Positions 1 to 10,235 of a stretch of 64,000 bases of DNA are shown one piece after another; position 1 is the first letter of the stretch; each line of letters begins with the position of its first letter. Source of the stretch: an uncultured Bacilli bacterium. GTDB taxonomy: Bacteria; Bacillota_I; Bacilli_A; RF39; UBA660. The translations under genes were made by a program, and so were the position numbers. The notes beneath the pieces were generated by a model that worked only from the letters and a program-made list of their open reading frames with translations, searched no databases and was not told the DNA's origin. The stretch is from assembly GCA_934120015.1 (NCBI GenBank), contig CAKOTD010000002.1, positions 43,770 through 107,769 on the forward strand, read 5' to 3'.

Positions 1-32
1 TAAAAGAAATATTAAATAGGACTAAATAAAAT

Positions 33-66
33 ATCATGTGTAAAAACACATGATATTTTATTTAAT
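33..66. terminator. Probable bidirectional rho-independent terminator (hairpin ATCATGTGT-aaaaa-ACACATGAT followed by T-rich tract)
   Basis: Perfect 9-bp inverted repeat with a 5-nt loop and ATTTTATTT on the + strand; it lies just downstream of the minus-strand spoIIR stop. Confidence 0.5.
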
Positions 67-77
67 TCCTATTAAAC

Positions 78-611
78 CTACATATATCTATCAATTAATT
101 CTTTTACAAGAGATGTATATTCTACCTCTGTACTCTCTTCAGCTTCTATAAGACAAAGTGGAGGAAATAAGACACACCACCAATTATCACCTTCACCTTT
201 ACCAATTGTTACTACTAATGATTCATAATAACCCTCATCATATTTTATTCCTTTATATTCTTTTTCAGGAAAGTAATTTAATCCAAAATTAATAGTATAT
301 GATTCATGGTACATATTTTTTTCAAATAAATTACTTATTTTTGTATCTATATTAGAAATGTTATTATTAATTATTTTCTTAGCATTATCTATTCCATTTA
401 CATCTTTAAGTAAATTATACATATCTTTTTGTAAGATATCTTTTACTTGAGATTTCATAGTTTGATCTATATCAGAATTACTATTTGGAATTACTCTAAT
501 TCTAATTGCATCTGCTGGTATTAAATTTTTACTAACAACTACATTACTAAATAATATATAAAATAATATTATCGATATAAATAATAATACTGACTTATTC
601 AAAAAAATCAT
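78..611 (-). CDS. spoIIR: Stage II sporulation protein R (SpoIIR)
   Basis: 177 aa with an N-terminal signal/TM segment, an 'IRIRVIPNSNSD' segment matching the conserved RLHVIANSDS motif, and a C-terminal 'GDNWWCVLFPPLC' motif characteristic of SpoIIR. Confidence 0.75.
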   Translation of the reverse strand: MIFLNKSVLLFISIILFYILFSNVVVSKNLIPADAIRIRVIPNSNSDIDQTMKSQVKDILQKDMYNLLKDVNGIDNAKKIINNNISNIDTKISNLFEKNMYHESYTINFGLNYFPEKEYKGIKYDEGYYESLVVTIGKGEGDNWWCVLFPPLCLIEAEESTEVEYTSLVKELIDRYM

Positions 612-651
612 CTCCTAATTAATAGTGGATGATTTTTCCATGATTTATTCA

Positions 652-1107
652 TCATTTATGATAAGTTTCATTATTTTTTATTTTATATGCTCTATATATT
701 TGTTCAAGTAACATAACTCTAAATAGCTGATGAGGAAATGTCAATTTAGAAAAAGAAATAAGTTCATTTGACATTTCTTTTATTATTGGGTGAAGACCAT
801 AAGATCCACCTATGATAAAAGTTATATTTGGATAATTGATAAAAATCTTATCAATATGATTGGCCAATTCTATTGAGTCATACATTTTTCCATTTAAATC
901 AAGAGAAATTATATAATCACTTTTATTAATATACTTAATAATCTGTTCTTTTTCTTTTTCAAGTATAATTTTGTTATTATCTAAACTTATATCATTTAGT
1001 TCAACTATTTCAAATTTTGTATACTTTGATAACCGCTTTATATATTCTGATATTGCATCCTTTAAATAATTCTCTTTAATCTTGCCAACAGTTATTATTT
1101 TAATCAT
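652..1107 (-). CDS. rlmH: 23S rRNA (pseudouridine1915-N3)-methyltransferase RlmH (SPOUT family)
   Basis: 151 aa with N-terminal 'MIKIITVGKIKENYLKDAISEYIKRLSKY', typical of RlmH/YbeA; the size fits the family. Confidence 0.85.
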   Translation of the reverse strand: MIKIITVGKIKENYLKDAISEYIKRLSKYTKFEIVELNDISLDNNKIILEKEKEQIIKYINKSDYIISLDLNGKMYDSIELANHIDKIFINYPNITFIIGGSYGLHPIIKEMSNELISFSKLTFPHQLFRVMLLEQIYRAYKIKNNETYHK

Positions 1108-1868
1108 ATAGTCATTAACTCCGTTCTTTCATTTGGATGTGCAACTATGGGTTCTATACTATATTGTGTCTGTTTTATCATTTCATTAAAACTTTCTATT
1201 GCTTTTTCTTCTGTATTATTTTCTTTACTTAAATGGGCAAGTATAACTTTTTTTGTACTACTTCCTATTATTTTAGATAGATAATAGGCACTATCCTTAT
1301 TTGAAAGATGGCCTCTATCACTTAGTATTCTTTGTTTTAAATGATATTGATATTTTCCATCCATTAACATTTTAATATCGTGATTACTTTCAAATATATA
1401 AGCATTTTTATTTTTTAATAATTCAAAATGACGATTATTTAGATACCCAGTATCTGTTACATAAACTATAGAAGATTCGTTTGATTCTACTAAGTATCCA
1501 TTAGTATCTGGGGCATCATGTGATACCGAAAACTTTGTAATAGTCATATCCCCCAAATAAATTTTATCGTCAATAAATTCAAATTCATTATCATACAGAA
1601 ATTCTTTTAAATCTGGATACATTTTTCTTGTAATAAAGACAATTGGATGATATTTTTTGATAAATACTCTTAATCCTGAAACATGGTCTATATGTGTATG
1701 GGTAATTATTATAGCATTTATAGTACTAGGGTCAACATCTATACTTTTAAGTTTCTTTTCTATATATAAGCTACTCATTCCAATATCTATTAATATCTTT
1801 GTTGTTGCTGTTTCAATAAAAGTTGAATTTCCTGTACTACCACTTGCAAGTACACTAAACTTCATCAA
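1104..1868 (-). CDS. MBL-fold metallo-hydrolase (YycJ/WalJ-like)
   Basis: Contains the 'HTHIDHVSG' metallo-beta-lactamase motif and is 254 aa; it lies next to rlmH as yycJ does in Bacillus. Confidence 0.8.
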   Translation of the reverse strand: MMKFSVLASGSTGNSTFIETATTKILIDIGMSSLYIEKKLKSIDVDPSTINAIIITHTHIDHVSGLRVFIKKYHPIVFITRKMYPDLKEFLYDNEFEFIDDKIYLGDMTITKFSVSHDAPDTNGYLVESNESSIVYVTDTGYLNNRHFELLKNKNAYIFESNHDIKMLMDGKYQYHLKQRILSDRGHLSNKDSAYYLSKIIGSSTKKVILAHLSKENNTEEKAIESFNEMIKQTQYSIEPIVAHPNERTELMTI

Positions 1869-3310
1869 TATACACTAAGAGAATCAATTCTACACCATCT
1901 ACATCCATACCACATTTCATAATGTAAGTGAACACCTGTTGAATAACCTGTGCTACCCATATATCCTATTATATCTCCACGGGCTACTACTGAACCAACT
2001 TTTTGTGGACCAAAATCAGCTAAATGTGCATATAATGTCCAATATCCATTATTATGATTTATTAATACATATTTACCATAGTCATTAACTATTTTCTTGG
2101 CTTCGATTGTTCCATTATTTGAGGCATAAATAGGTGAATAATAACCAGTTCCAGCTATATCAGTTCCCGAATGAATTTCACGCATACCAGTTACTGGATT
2201 AATTCTCCAAGCATGTCTATCAGTAATAATCCAACCCGGATTAGTAGGCCATCCCCAGCTTGTAAGTGATCCAATATGAGGTATTACTTTTCCACCTTTT
2301 TCGATTATTTGGTCAACAGTTGGTTTTAAAACTTCTCTTCGATCTGTCTCTGAATAAATAACAACACCATTTATCTTTTTCGTATTTCTTGTTACTCTTG
2401 ATAATCCCTCTTCACCAACTTGAGTAATAGTATCATCACCAACTAATTTTTCCTGATTTATTACTTCTATAGTTTCAAATCTATCTGCTTCATCTTCAAC
2501 AGTTGTTTCTTCAATTACAACACTTAATTGTGGAGCAGTTTCACTAATAACAACTTCCTGTCCAGGAAACAATAAATTATTTTCACTCGTAAAACTTGGG
2601 TTAGAAAGTAAGAATTCTGATATACTAATCTTATTATTAAAGGCTACTTTTGTTATTGTGTCACCAGGTTGTACAACATAATTTCTTTCTACTCTATTTT
2701 CACCAAACAATAAATATTGTGCAAGTTCATCTGATGTCGTAAATATTTTTTCATTAATAGGAATATTAGTTTCTTTAATAGTAATATTTTCATCTATATA
2801 AATATTATTTGTATAAGAACCTGTTGTTTCTATTTCTTTCTGTAAATCATTTTTAAAATTATTATATTTTTCTTCACCAACATAAGTTTCTATTAGAGTT
2901 GTTACAGCTTCTTCAAATATATTTTTATCTAAAACATATACTTTTTTTACTACGTCACCATCTGTTATTGTAAATTGGTAACCTTCTATTGTAAAATCTT
3001 TTTTATCAAGTATTTTATTATATATTTGTTCAGATGTAAGAACTTCTTCTGCATAAGTAGATGTTTTTTTGATTTCTAACCCATTTGGTTTATATATTTT
3101 TTTAACATTATATTTATTCTTTATATATTCTCCACGCTTATCAATATATTTTTCTAAATCTTTAGCAGATATAACTGTCCCTAAAAATTCATCATCTAGG
3201 TATACTTCATAGTAGTGATTTGGTTCTATCCCATGTCTATAATTATATGACAGATAGAATGTAGAACACGCTACTAAAGTAACAAAAATTGCTACTAATA
3301 TTTTTTTCAT
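1865..3310 (-). CDS. LysM-domain M23 family metallopeptidase (cell-wall endopeptidase)
   Basis: Has an N-terminal signal/TM segment and a LysM-like segment ('YVVQPGDTITKVAFNNKISISEFLLSNP'). The C-terminal M23 motifs 'HSGTDIA' (HxxxD) and 'GVHLHYEM' (HxH) are intact. Confidence 0.8.
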   Translation of the reverse strand: MKKILVAIFVTLVACSTFYLSYNYRHGIEPNHYYEVYLDDEFLGTVISAKDLEKYIDKRGEYIKNKYNVKKIYKPNGLEIKKTSTYAEEVLTSEQIYNKILDKKDFTIEGYQFTITDGDVVKKVYVLDKNIFEEAVTTLIETYVGEEKYNNFKNDLQKEIETTGSYTNNIYIDENITIKETNIPINEKIFTTSDELAQYLLFGENRVERNYVVQPGDTITKVAFNNKISISEFLLSNPSFTSENNLLFPGQEVVISETAPQLSVVIEETTVEDEADRFETIEVINQEKLVGDDTITQVGEEGLSRVTRNTKKINGVVIYSETDRREVLKPTVDQIIEKGGKVIPHIGSLTSWGWPTNPGWIITDRHAWRINPVTGMREIHSGTDIAGTGYYSPIYASNNGTIEAKKIVNDYGKYVLINHNNGYWTLYAHLADFGPQKVGSVVARGDIIGYMGSTGYSTGVHLHYEMWYGCRWCRIDSLSVY

Positions 3311-3318
3311 AACTACCC

Positions 3319-4662
3319 CTAACTTTCTTCTTTATTTATAAAGTTAACAAATGTACTAGTATTTCGTTTAAATATCAAATCAATGGTTGTTGTTGGTCCA
3401 CTACGATGCTTTCCTATTATAAATTCACTTCTACTAGTTTGTTCATCAATGGCACTTTCTTTATTGTAATAATCATCTCTATATAGAAAGGCAACTATAT
3501 CTGCATCCTGTTCTATTGATCCAGATTCTCTTAGATCACTAAGTATTGGCCTTTTATCATCTCTGCCTTCAACACTTCTTGATAATTGGGCAAGGGCAAT
3601 AACCGGTATACCAAGCTCCATAGCCATTGTTTTAAGTGATCTTGATATTTCAGATACCTCTTGTTGACGATTACCGGCATATTTATCAGAACCACTGATT
3701 AATTGTAGGTAATCTATAATAACTATTCCAAGACCATCTTCTGTGGAAGCCAATCTACGACATTTTGATCTAATTTCACCTATTGTCATACCTGGTGTAT
3801 CATCAATATATAATTTTGTATCTGCCAGTTTACTAATTGCTTCATTTATTCTTTTCCAATCAGAGTGCTCTAAACGACCATTTTTTAATTTATATCCTTC
3901 TACTTGACCAACAGATGAAAGCATACGAACCGCAAGCTGTTCTGCACTCATTTCCATATTAAATAAAGCTACTCCTTTATCACTATTCATAGCAATATTA
4001 GTTGCTAAATTAAGAGCAAAGGCGGTTTTACCCATTGCGGGACGAGCTGCAATTATAATTAATTCATTAGGATGCAAGCCTGTTGTTACCTTATCAAGAT
4101 CATAAAACCCTGTTGAAAGGCCAGTAACTTCTCCCTTATTTTGGGCAAGTGTCTCTAAATCGGATTGTGTTTTGAATAAAACGTCTTGAATGCTTCTAAA
4201 TTCTGTACCTTTTCTAGTTTTTACAACACTAAATATTTTCTTCTCAGCTGTATCTAGTATATCTCCTATAGAATCTGATGATGTATACCCTACGGTTGCA
4301 ATATCAGTCGCTTCAGAAATAAGCTTACGACGAATTGCTTTTTCTTCAACTATTTTAATATACTCATCAATATTAGCAGCTGTTGGGACTATATTAATTA
4401 TTTCCGTTAAATATTCAACATCTCCCACTTGTTTTAATATATTTCTATTTACTAACTCTGATGTAACTGTTGTTAAATCAATGGGTGTTCCTTTATCACA
4501 AAAATCTGCTAGTACTTTAAATATTTTTCCATTTGCATCTGCATAAAATTGTTCACTAGAAAGAGTTTCTACCGCTCTTTGAAGTGCATATTTTGATAAG
4601 AACATAGCACCCAAAACTGATTTTTCAGCAATTAAGTCATGAGGTAATTCTTTACCATTCAT
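3319..4662 (-). CDS. dnaB: Replicative DNA helicase DnaB (DnaC in Bacillus nomenclature)
   Basis: 447 aa with the N-terminal 'LPHDLIAEKSVLGAMFL' signature, the Walker A motif 'ARPAMGKTAFALN', and a RecA-like C-terminal domain. Confidence 0.92.
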   Translation of the reverse strand: MNGKELPHDLIAEKSVLGAMFLSKYALQRAVETLSSEQFYADANGKIFKVLADFCDKGTPIDLTTVTSELVNRNILKQVGDVEYLTEIINIVPTAANIDEYIKIVEEKAIRRKLISEATDIATVGYTSSDSIGDILDTAEKKIFSVVKTRKGTEFRSIQDVLFKTQSDLETLAQNKGEVTGLSTGFYDLDKVTTGLHPNELIIIAARPAMGKTAFALNLATNIAMNSDKGVALFNMEMSAEQLAVRMLSSVGQVEGYKLKNGRLEHSDWKRINEAISKLADTKLYIDDTPGMTIGEIRSKCRRLASTEDGLGIVIIDYLQLISGSDKYAGNRQQEVSEISRSLKTMAMELGIPVIALAQLSRSVEGRDDKRPILSDLRESGSIEQDADIVAFLYRDDYYNKESAIDEQTSRSEFIIGKHRSGPTTTIDLIFKRNTSTFVNFINKEES

Positions 4663-4663
4663 A

Positions 4664-5122
4664 CTAATCTTCCTTCTCTAATTTTACCTTAATAATTGCT
4701 TCCACCTTTTTATGTAAATTAATTTTTACATCATAATACCCAAGTGATGATAAAGTAATATCAAGATTTATTTTCTTCTTATCTATATCAAATCCTTTGG
4801 TTTTTAGTGCATCTGATATTTGTTTTGTACTAATACTACCAAAGACTCTACCATCTTTACTAGTTTTTACTTTAAATTTAAGCTCTATCTTAGCCAATTT
4901 ATCTTTTATTTTTTCACATTCTTTAATTAAAGAAGCTTCTTCTAATTTACGATTTTCTATCTCATTTTCTAAACGTTTTACACCAGTTTTTGTAGCCATT
5001 ACTGCATAACCATTCTTTATGAGATAATTCATTCCATATCCATCTTTTACAGTTATAATTTCATCTTTTTTACCTTGACCCTTTACATCCTTTAATAAAA
5101 TTACTTGCATATTAACCTCCAT
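4664..5122 (-). CDS. rplI: 50S ribosomal protein L9
   Basis: 'MQVILLKDVKGQGKKDEIITVKDGYGMNYLIKNGYA' is the canonical L9 N-terminus. The true start is probably the internal Met at 5110; the 5 extra N-terminal residues are likely an ORF-track artefact. Confidence 0.9.
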   Translation of the reverse strand: MEVNMQVILLKDVKGQGKKDEIITVKDGYGMNYLIKNGYAVMATKTGVKRLENEIENRKLEEASLIKECEKIKDKLAKIELKFKVKTSKDGRVFGSISTKQISDALKTKGFDIDKKKINLDITLSSLGYYDVKINLHKKVEAIIKVKLEKED

Positions 5123-6080
5123 TTATTATCTCTATCAATTTATTCTTTACTTCTTCTATTGTAGTATTTTCTACTCTTGTAGCAGCTTCAGTAACATGTC
5201 CGCCACCACCTAATTTACACATTATTGCTTCTACATCTATATTTCCAAGTGATCTTGCACTTATTCCATAAGTATTTTCTTTTAATTTTCCTATACAAAA
5301 TGAGGCTTCCATATTTTGAAATTGAAGCAGGCTATCAGCTATTACAGCTAAATCCTTTGCTGTAACTATTCTATCATCTATTTCACATAAAATCATTGTA
5401 CTATTAATTTGATAACTTCTTTCAATATAAGTTTGATGCTCTAAATATGACTCTCTACTTTCCCTTAATATTTCTTGTTTAACAATTGTATCTGCACCTA
5501 TTTTAGTCAAATAAGCTGCTGTTTCATATGTATATTCAGTAGTTTTAAACTTAAACCCATTAGTATCTACCTCTATAGCTGCCAATAATAATGTTGCAAG
5601 AATCGTATCTGGAATATAATTCATATATCGACTATAACTTGTAATTATTTGGGCAACACTTGACACATTTGTATTAATATACATTAACTTTGTATTTTTA
5701 ATATATTCAGGGCTTTTAATATGATGGTCAATTACAATTATATCAAAACATTTATCTATTATTTCTTCTATTTCAAATAGGGAAGGTCTATGACAATCTA
5801 ATACTATTGTTAGGCAGCCATCAAAATCAAATTTACTAAATTCATCTTGGTATAAAATATTAAAACTGTTACTATTTAATTTTTCGAATGATCTTATAAT
5901 AGTATCATTTGTTTGTACTTCATTCAATACAATATAACATTCTTTTCCCATTTTTGTATAAATATTATATAAACATAATGCGGATGAAAAACCATCTAAA
6001 TCCATATTTTTATGAGTTGAGATTATAATTTTTGAGTACCCTTTAACAAGTTTTGTTAATGAATTAAAAAATTCTTGCAT
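5112..6080 (-). CDS. DHH/DHHA1 family phosphoesterase (NrnA/GdpP catalytic-domain-like)
   Basis: Contains the 'IVIDHH' DHH motif and the 'GGGH' DHHA1 motif. It occupies the gdpP (yybT) slot next to rplI but is only 322 aa, so it lacks the TM, PAS and GGDEF region of GdpP. Confidence 0.75.
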   Translation of the reverse strand: MQEFFNSLTKLVKGYSKIIISTHKNMDLDGFSSALCLYNIYTKMGKECYIVLNEVQTNDTIIRSFEKLNSNSFNILYQDEFSKFDFDGCLTIVLDCHRPSLFEIEEIIDKCFDIIVIDHHIKSPEYIKNTKLMYINTNVSSVAQIITSYSRYMNYIPDTILATLLLAAIEVDTNGFKFKTTEYTYETAAYLTKIGADTIVKQEILRESRESYLEHQTYIERSYQINSTMILCEIDDRIVTAKDLAVIADSLLQFQNMEASFCIGKLKENTYGISARSLGNIDVEAIMCKLGGGGHVTEAATRVENTTIEEVKNKLIEIINGG

Positions 6081-6216
6081 ATCATCACCTCACGTATATA
6101 TATTATACTATAAAATAATTACTATGTCTAACATGAATGAAGGTAAACTATATTTTTATCTAATAAAACAAAAAATCAATATATAGTCAATGCTACATAT
6201 TGATTTTTAAAATTGG

Positions 6217-6618
6217 TTAGTACGGTATTTCTAAAATTGCATCAAGTTTATTCGAAATATCAAAACTTAATATTTCTCCACCTGTTACATTCCCTTTTTC
6301 AGTGCTGCTCACTTCTAAGCTTACCTTTGGTGGAGATTCATTTATGTCATATATATTGATGATATATGTCCTTGATAATGTTGCTGATTCTGAAAATCTT
6401 CTTACAAAATTTTCAACAAATTTTTCCCTATCAATCATTAATATTCCACGGGAATATGCAGAAGTATCTACAGCATCTAACATTGCTGCCTCTGTAACAT
6501 CTTTAAGTAAGTTATAATTATGCTCATCTGTATTTGTAATATTTTGAAAGAAATAAACAAAGAATATAGCTATTATACCTATTGTTACTATTGCTATTCC
6601 CCAAAAAGATTCTTTCAT
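6217..6618 (-). CDS. Hypothetical membrane-anchored protein
   Basis: 133 aa with one N-terminal TM helix (IAIVTIGIIAIFFVYFF); it is the last gene of a tight three-gene minus-strand cluster. Confidence 0.5.
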   Translation of the reverse strand: MKESFWGIAIVTIGIIAIFFVYFFQNITNTDEHNYNLLKDVTEAAMLDAVDTSAYSRGILMIDREKFVENFVRRFSESATLSRTYIINIYDINESPPKVSLEVSSTEKGNVTGGEILSFDISNKLDAILEIPY

Positions 6619-6631
6619 TTAATTTACACCT

Positions 6632-9148
6632 CTATTCCATCGGTAATAGGTTATTCCTAGCATCACCAAGCAATGTACTATCACAAGCATACCAGTCATT
6701 TCCCATTGCACATGAATTATCAATATTTACTATATGACTAAAATTACTATTCCTTAAAAAATTACTACGACAATATAAACCATTTTCACATTCCAAATTA
6801 AAATCACTATAACTATTTTTCTTATTATATTCTCTTATACTTTTGATGTCTGATGGTGTAAGTGTAATACTATACATTGGAGTTAAATTATAAACTTCAT
6901 AGTCATTAACCTCACGATTTTTTGTGATAAATAGTTCCGCGGATTTTTTATTCCATAACCCTAATGTTTCCCGATAGTTGTTACTATTTTTATCTGGAAA
7001 CGGATTTGTTAAAGATATTGGTCTATAAATAATATTACTTGCTATTTGGCTATCATCATCAGGAATACATGAATCATCATCACATGTAATTGTATTATTA
7101 ACCTTAAATGGGCACTCTACCTCAAGATTTTGGGCATATTTACTATAACCGGTTGCTACTGCCATACCCGTTGTCTTATTTGGTATATAATTTGGTATGA
7201 CAAAATTATAGGGATTTATTATTGAGTTAGGCACTAATGATTCAAGTAAATTACCTGAATTTTTTTCTATAGCTTTAATTGAATTAGCCATTTGTGTATA
7301 ATCTCCAATAATGATTTTAGAACTTGTAGTACTTGCAATATTATTTTCTACTTTTGTAGTCCTTTTATAATTATTTGCCTGCAACAAACACTGATTTAAA
7401 ACTTGTATATTATCCTGAGCTGCATTTATTTGTACTTCATATTGTTCATTTACTTTATCTATTGCTTTTTTGGGTGCAGTAGTAATTTCCTCATATGCTT
7501 CAGAACAAACTGTTTCAGGTGATCCTGAAGAGCAAGCTTGTTCATTTCCATGTGAATTTTTCATACATTCATTATATCCTATTGCTGCCTCTGCCGAACA
7601 CTCTGCTGCTGCCTTCTTAGCTTCCACTCTGGCCAAACAAGCTTGATATTTTGCTTCAGCGTTCCTTTTTGCTACTAATTCATTCTTAGCATCTATTTTG
7701 ATTTGTAACTCGGCGGTTATATTTTGCTTACTACCTGCGTATGTAGTAACAGTTGCATAACCTGTAAACTGATCATACCAGTTAAATCCTTTACCAGCAA
7801 ATATTGTCTTTCTTGTCAATTCTTGAGGAAATGATATTTCAGTATGGGTATGTTCTATAATATTTACTAATCCATCACACAGGCTTTCCTTTACTTTATA
7901 TGTATCTGAAGAATAATTTTCTCCACAACTTCCAGGAATGATAACATCGTCAGGTAAAGTTTGAGGATTCTTTACACACAAACTTGGATTAACTTCACAA
8001 TTTGGAACAAATGTATATTCATAAACACATACATCTGGTTCTGAATTTGGATCCGGATCGGGATCTGGACTTCCACCATTTGAAGTTACTGGTGGACAAG
8101 TTGGATCTGTACCAGCTCGTTCACTTATACAACTTGTGAAACAACTTCCCTCCATCGTATTACATTTTTGAGCACATATTGATACACAATTTGGACAAGT
8201 TTCATCAACCCCGGCATTTTTAGTAATACAGCTTTTAAAGCATGTTATTATTTCATCTTTCTCATCGTATCTTCTAGCACAAGTTGTTTTACAATCATCA
8301 CGACAATTTCCTGCGTCTGGATCTACTGTACTATCCCAAATGCATATTCCTTCACTCCAAGCTGGAATTTTTTCATAACCACTCATAGAACTACCATAAT
8401 AAGCCGGTTTCTTATTTACACAAGCACCGCATAAAGTTCTTATTACTCCATTGACACCATAATAACTTAGTGTTCCGTTTTTTACACCTGTACACAAAGT
8501 ACGATCAGCAGTATTAAAAAAGACATATTCGTTTGTTAATACATTGCGTGCTCTTAAGACTTGATATATATTAGCATCTACTAAGTCGATATTTTCATCA
8601 TACTCAGCGCCATCCGCTTTCTTTAATAAATTATCAAGTACAATTTTAGCAGCTTTTTTAGAGCATTCAGCAGGTATTGACTTATTTTCATAAAAATCCC
8701 CACAAATCTGCTCGGCAAGTACATGAGCAAACAAACTATCACTATTTAATTCATTATCTATTATCGTTTGTTTTAGTAAACTTTCCATCTTTGGTTGATA
8801 TGCAGCATTTTCTTCTCCTTTACCATTTTTATAAAGTATAGGCCTTATAAATTCTTCATCAACATAATCACACCCAAAACCATTTTTAGCTTCCAAATCG
8901 GCATTTGTTTCAGGATCACACATGGTAAATGATATCGTACTATAGCTTCCATCTTCGGTCTTATAAACATTTTCAAAATAACTGTATGATGTAAAACTAG
9001 TTAAATAATCCCAATCACCTGAAATTACCGCTGTACTTCTATTATAACTAGTATTCATAGAATCATTTCTATAATTCCAATTTTTTGCTCCTGCAATTAT
9101 GGGTAAAAATAATAGTAATGACACAATTATTATTTGTCTTCTTTTCAT
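6632..9148 (-). CDS. Large secreted Cys-rich protein of unknown function
   Basis: 838 aa with a clear signal peptide (MKRRQIIIVSLLLFLPIIAGA), a PDPDPDPNSEPD linker, and several Cys-rich modules (CKTTCARRY…CFKSCITKNAGVDETCPNCVSICAQKCNTMEGSCFTSCISERAGTDPTCPP). I could not recognise any catalytic motif. Confidence 0.6.
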   Translation of the reverse strand: MKRRQIIIVSLLLFLPIIAGAKNWNYRNDSMNTSYNRSTAVISGDWDYLTSFTSYSYFENVYKTEDGSYSTISFTMCDPETNADLEAKNGFGCDYVDEEFIRPILYKNGKGEENAAYQPKMESLLKQTIIDNELNSDSLFAHVLAEQICGDFYENKSIPAECSKKAAKIVLDNLLKKADGAEYDENIDLVDANIYQVLRARNVLTNEYVFFNTADRTLCTGVKNGTLSYYGVNGVIRTLCGACVNKKPAYYGSSMSGYEKIPAWSEGICIWDSTVDPDAGNCRDDCKTTCARRYDEKDEIITCFKSCITKNAGVDETCPNCVSICAQKCNTMEGSCFTSCISERAGTDPTCPPVTSNGGSPDPDPDPNSEPDVCVYEYTFVPNCEVNPSLCVKNPQTLPDDVIIPGSCGENYSSDTYKVKESLCDGLVNIIEHTHTEISFPQELTRKTIFAGKGFNWYDQFTGYATVTTYAGSKQNITAELQIKIDAKNELVAKRNAEAKYQACLARVEAKKAAAECSAEAAIGYNECMKNSHGNEQACSSGSPETVCSEAYEEITTAPKKAIDKVNEQYEVQINAAQDNIQVLNQCLLQANNYKRTTKVENNIASTTSSKIIIGDYTQMANSIKAIEKNSGNLLESLVPNSIINPYNFVIPNYIPNKTTGMAVATGYSKYAQNLEVECPFKVNNTITCDDDSCIPDDDSQIASNIIYRPISLTNPFPDKNSNNYRETLGLWNKKSAELFITKNREVNDYEVYNLTPMYSITLTPSDIKSIREYNKKNSYSDFNLECENGLYCRSNFLRNSNFSHIVNIDNSCAMGNDWYACDSTLLGDARNNLLPME

Positions 9149-9156
9149 TAATACAT

Positions 9157-9846
9157 CTACAACCTTTCTTTTTTATTTTTTCTGAACCACTTAAATACCA
9201 GTAATATAAATAAATTTATTGTTACAATTAAAGTAAAAAAATAATACTTTTGATACAGCTTTAAGAATTTTAAATAGTTTTCTTCATCTACATTATTAAT
9301 AATTGAATTATCATTACTTTTTTCTTTATTTTTAATATAGTTAGTAACTTTCTTTTCAAATTCATTATAATCAATATTTACACTTGTATACTTTTGACAC
9401 AAATAATATTCCATAGCATCTTTACATACTTTACTTCCATAGAAATCATTAATTTTTGGAATATTTACAATGATATTTCTTAAAGTAATTGTATTGCATC
9501 TCAAAGTGCCAGATATATCAAACATGTATTTATTGTTATCATTAATATTATTAATTAATACTTCTCCAATACCATTATTTTCCATATCAAGATAAAAATA
9601 ATATTTATATGTTTCAGCATTAAAGATGGCTATTTCTTTAGAAACTCCAGCAAATATTATCTGAAATTTAGTATTTCCTTTATTATCAATATAGCTATCT
9701 ACTGTATATGTAATATTATCTGCTAATTTTTGTAGTCTTTCTCTATCGGCACTAGAGCATTCATAACCAATAATAGTACTAGGAAATAATAATAAAATTG
9801 TAATTACTAAAATTATTTTTTTCATCCAATCTTCCTTTACAAGCAT
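9157..9846 (-). CDS. Hypothetical exported protein with C-terminal TM anchor
   Basis: Has an N-terminal signal peptide (start likely at the internal MKKIILVITILLLF) and a C-terminal hydrophobic anchor followed by a basic tail (FFTLIVTINLFILLVFKWFRKNKKERL). There is an 8-bp gap to the downstream gene. Confidence 0.55.
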   Translation of the reverse strand: MLVKEDWMKKIILVITILLLFPSTIIGYECSSADRERLQKLADNITYTVDSYIDNKGNTKFQIIFAGVSKEIAIFNAETYKYYFYLDMENNGIGEVLINNINDNNKYMFDISGTLRCNTITLRNIIVNIPKINDFYGSKVCKDAMEYYLCQKYTSVNIDYNEFEKKVTNYIKNKEKSNDNSIINNVDEENYLKFLKLYQKYYFFTLIVTINLFILLVFKWFRKNKKERL

Positions 9847-10002
9847 TAATAATTAAGATTATTTTATGAATATTTACAAGGTAATTTTATCATTAATGTC
9901 GAATGTAGTCAATATTTGTATTACAATTATTAAATACATTTTATAAATATATAAATAATTTTTAAAAAATATTACAATTATATATAAGAAAGGTGTGAAT
10001 AT

Positions 10003-10212
10003 ATGGACGCATTCAAACCTAGTAAAAAGGCAATTAACAATGACAAAATTGTTATATCAATTCGTATGGATATAAACAAAATCAATGAAATAGATAAAAT
10101 TGCTAGTAAAGTTGATATTAGTAGAAATGAATTCATAAAACAGTGTATAAACTATGCACTTGCTAATCTTGAATTTGATGATAAAAATTTTGTAAAAGAA
10201 AAAGAATTATAG
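10003..10212 (+). CDS. Small ribbon-helix-helix (CopG-like) DNA-binding protein
   Basis: 69 aa; 'KIVISIRMDINKINEIDKIASKVDISRNEFIKQCINYAL' matches the beta-strand plus two-helix RHH pattern. Confidence 0.5.
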   Translation: MDAFKPSKKAINNDKIVISIRMDINKINEIDKIASKVDISRNEFIKQCINYALANLEFDDKNFVKEKEL

Positions 10213-10235
10213 TGAATTGATCCGCTATAATTCTT

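Noticed and set aside
4190-4546. Antisense and overlapping ORFs inside conserved genes (e.g. 4190–4546, 1657–1878, 12705–12938, 14376–14636, 19899–20330, 23236–23535, 30909–31163, 41685–41984, 45573–45995, 57375–57662, 59028–59360)
   Set aside because: They lie opposite or within well-supported genes and have low-complexity, hydrophobic translations typical of AT-rich antisense frames, with no SD.
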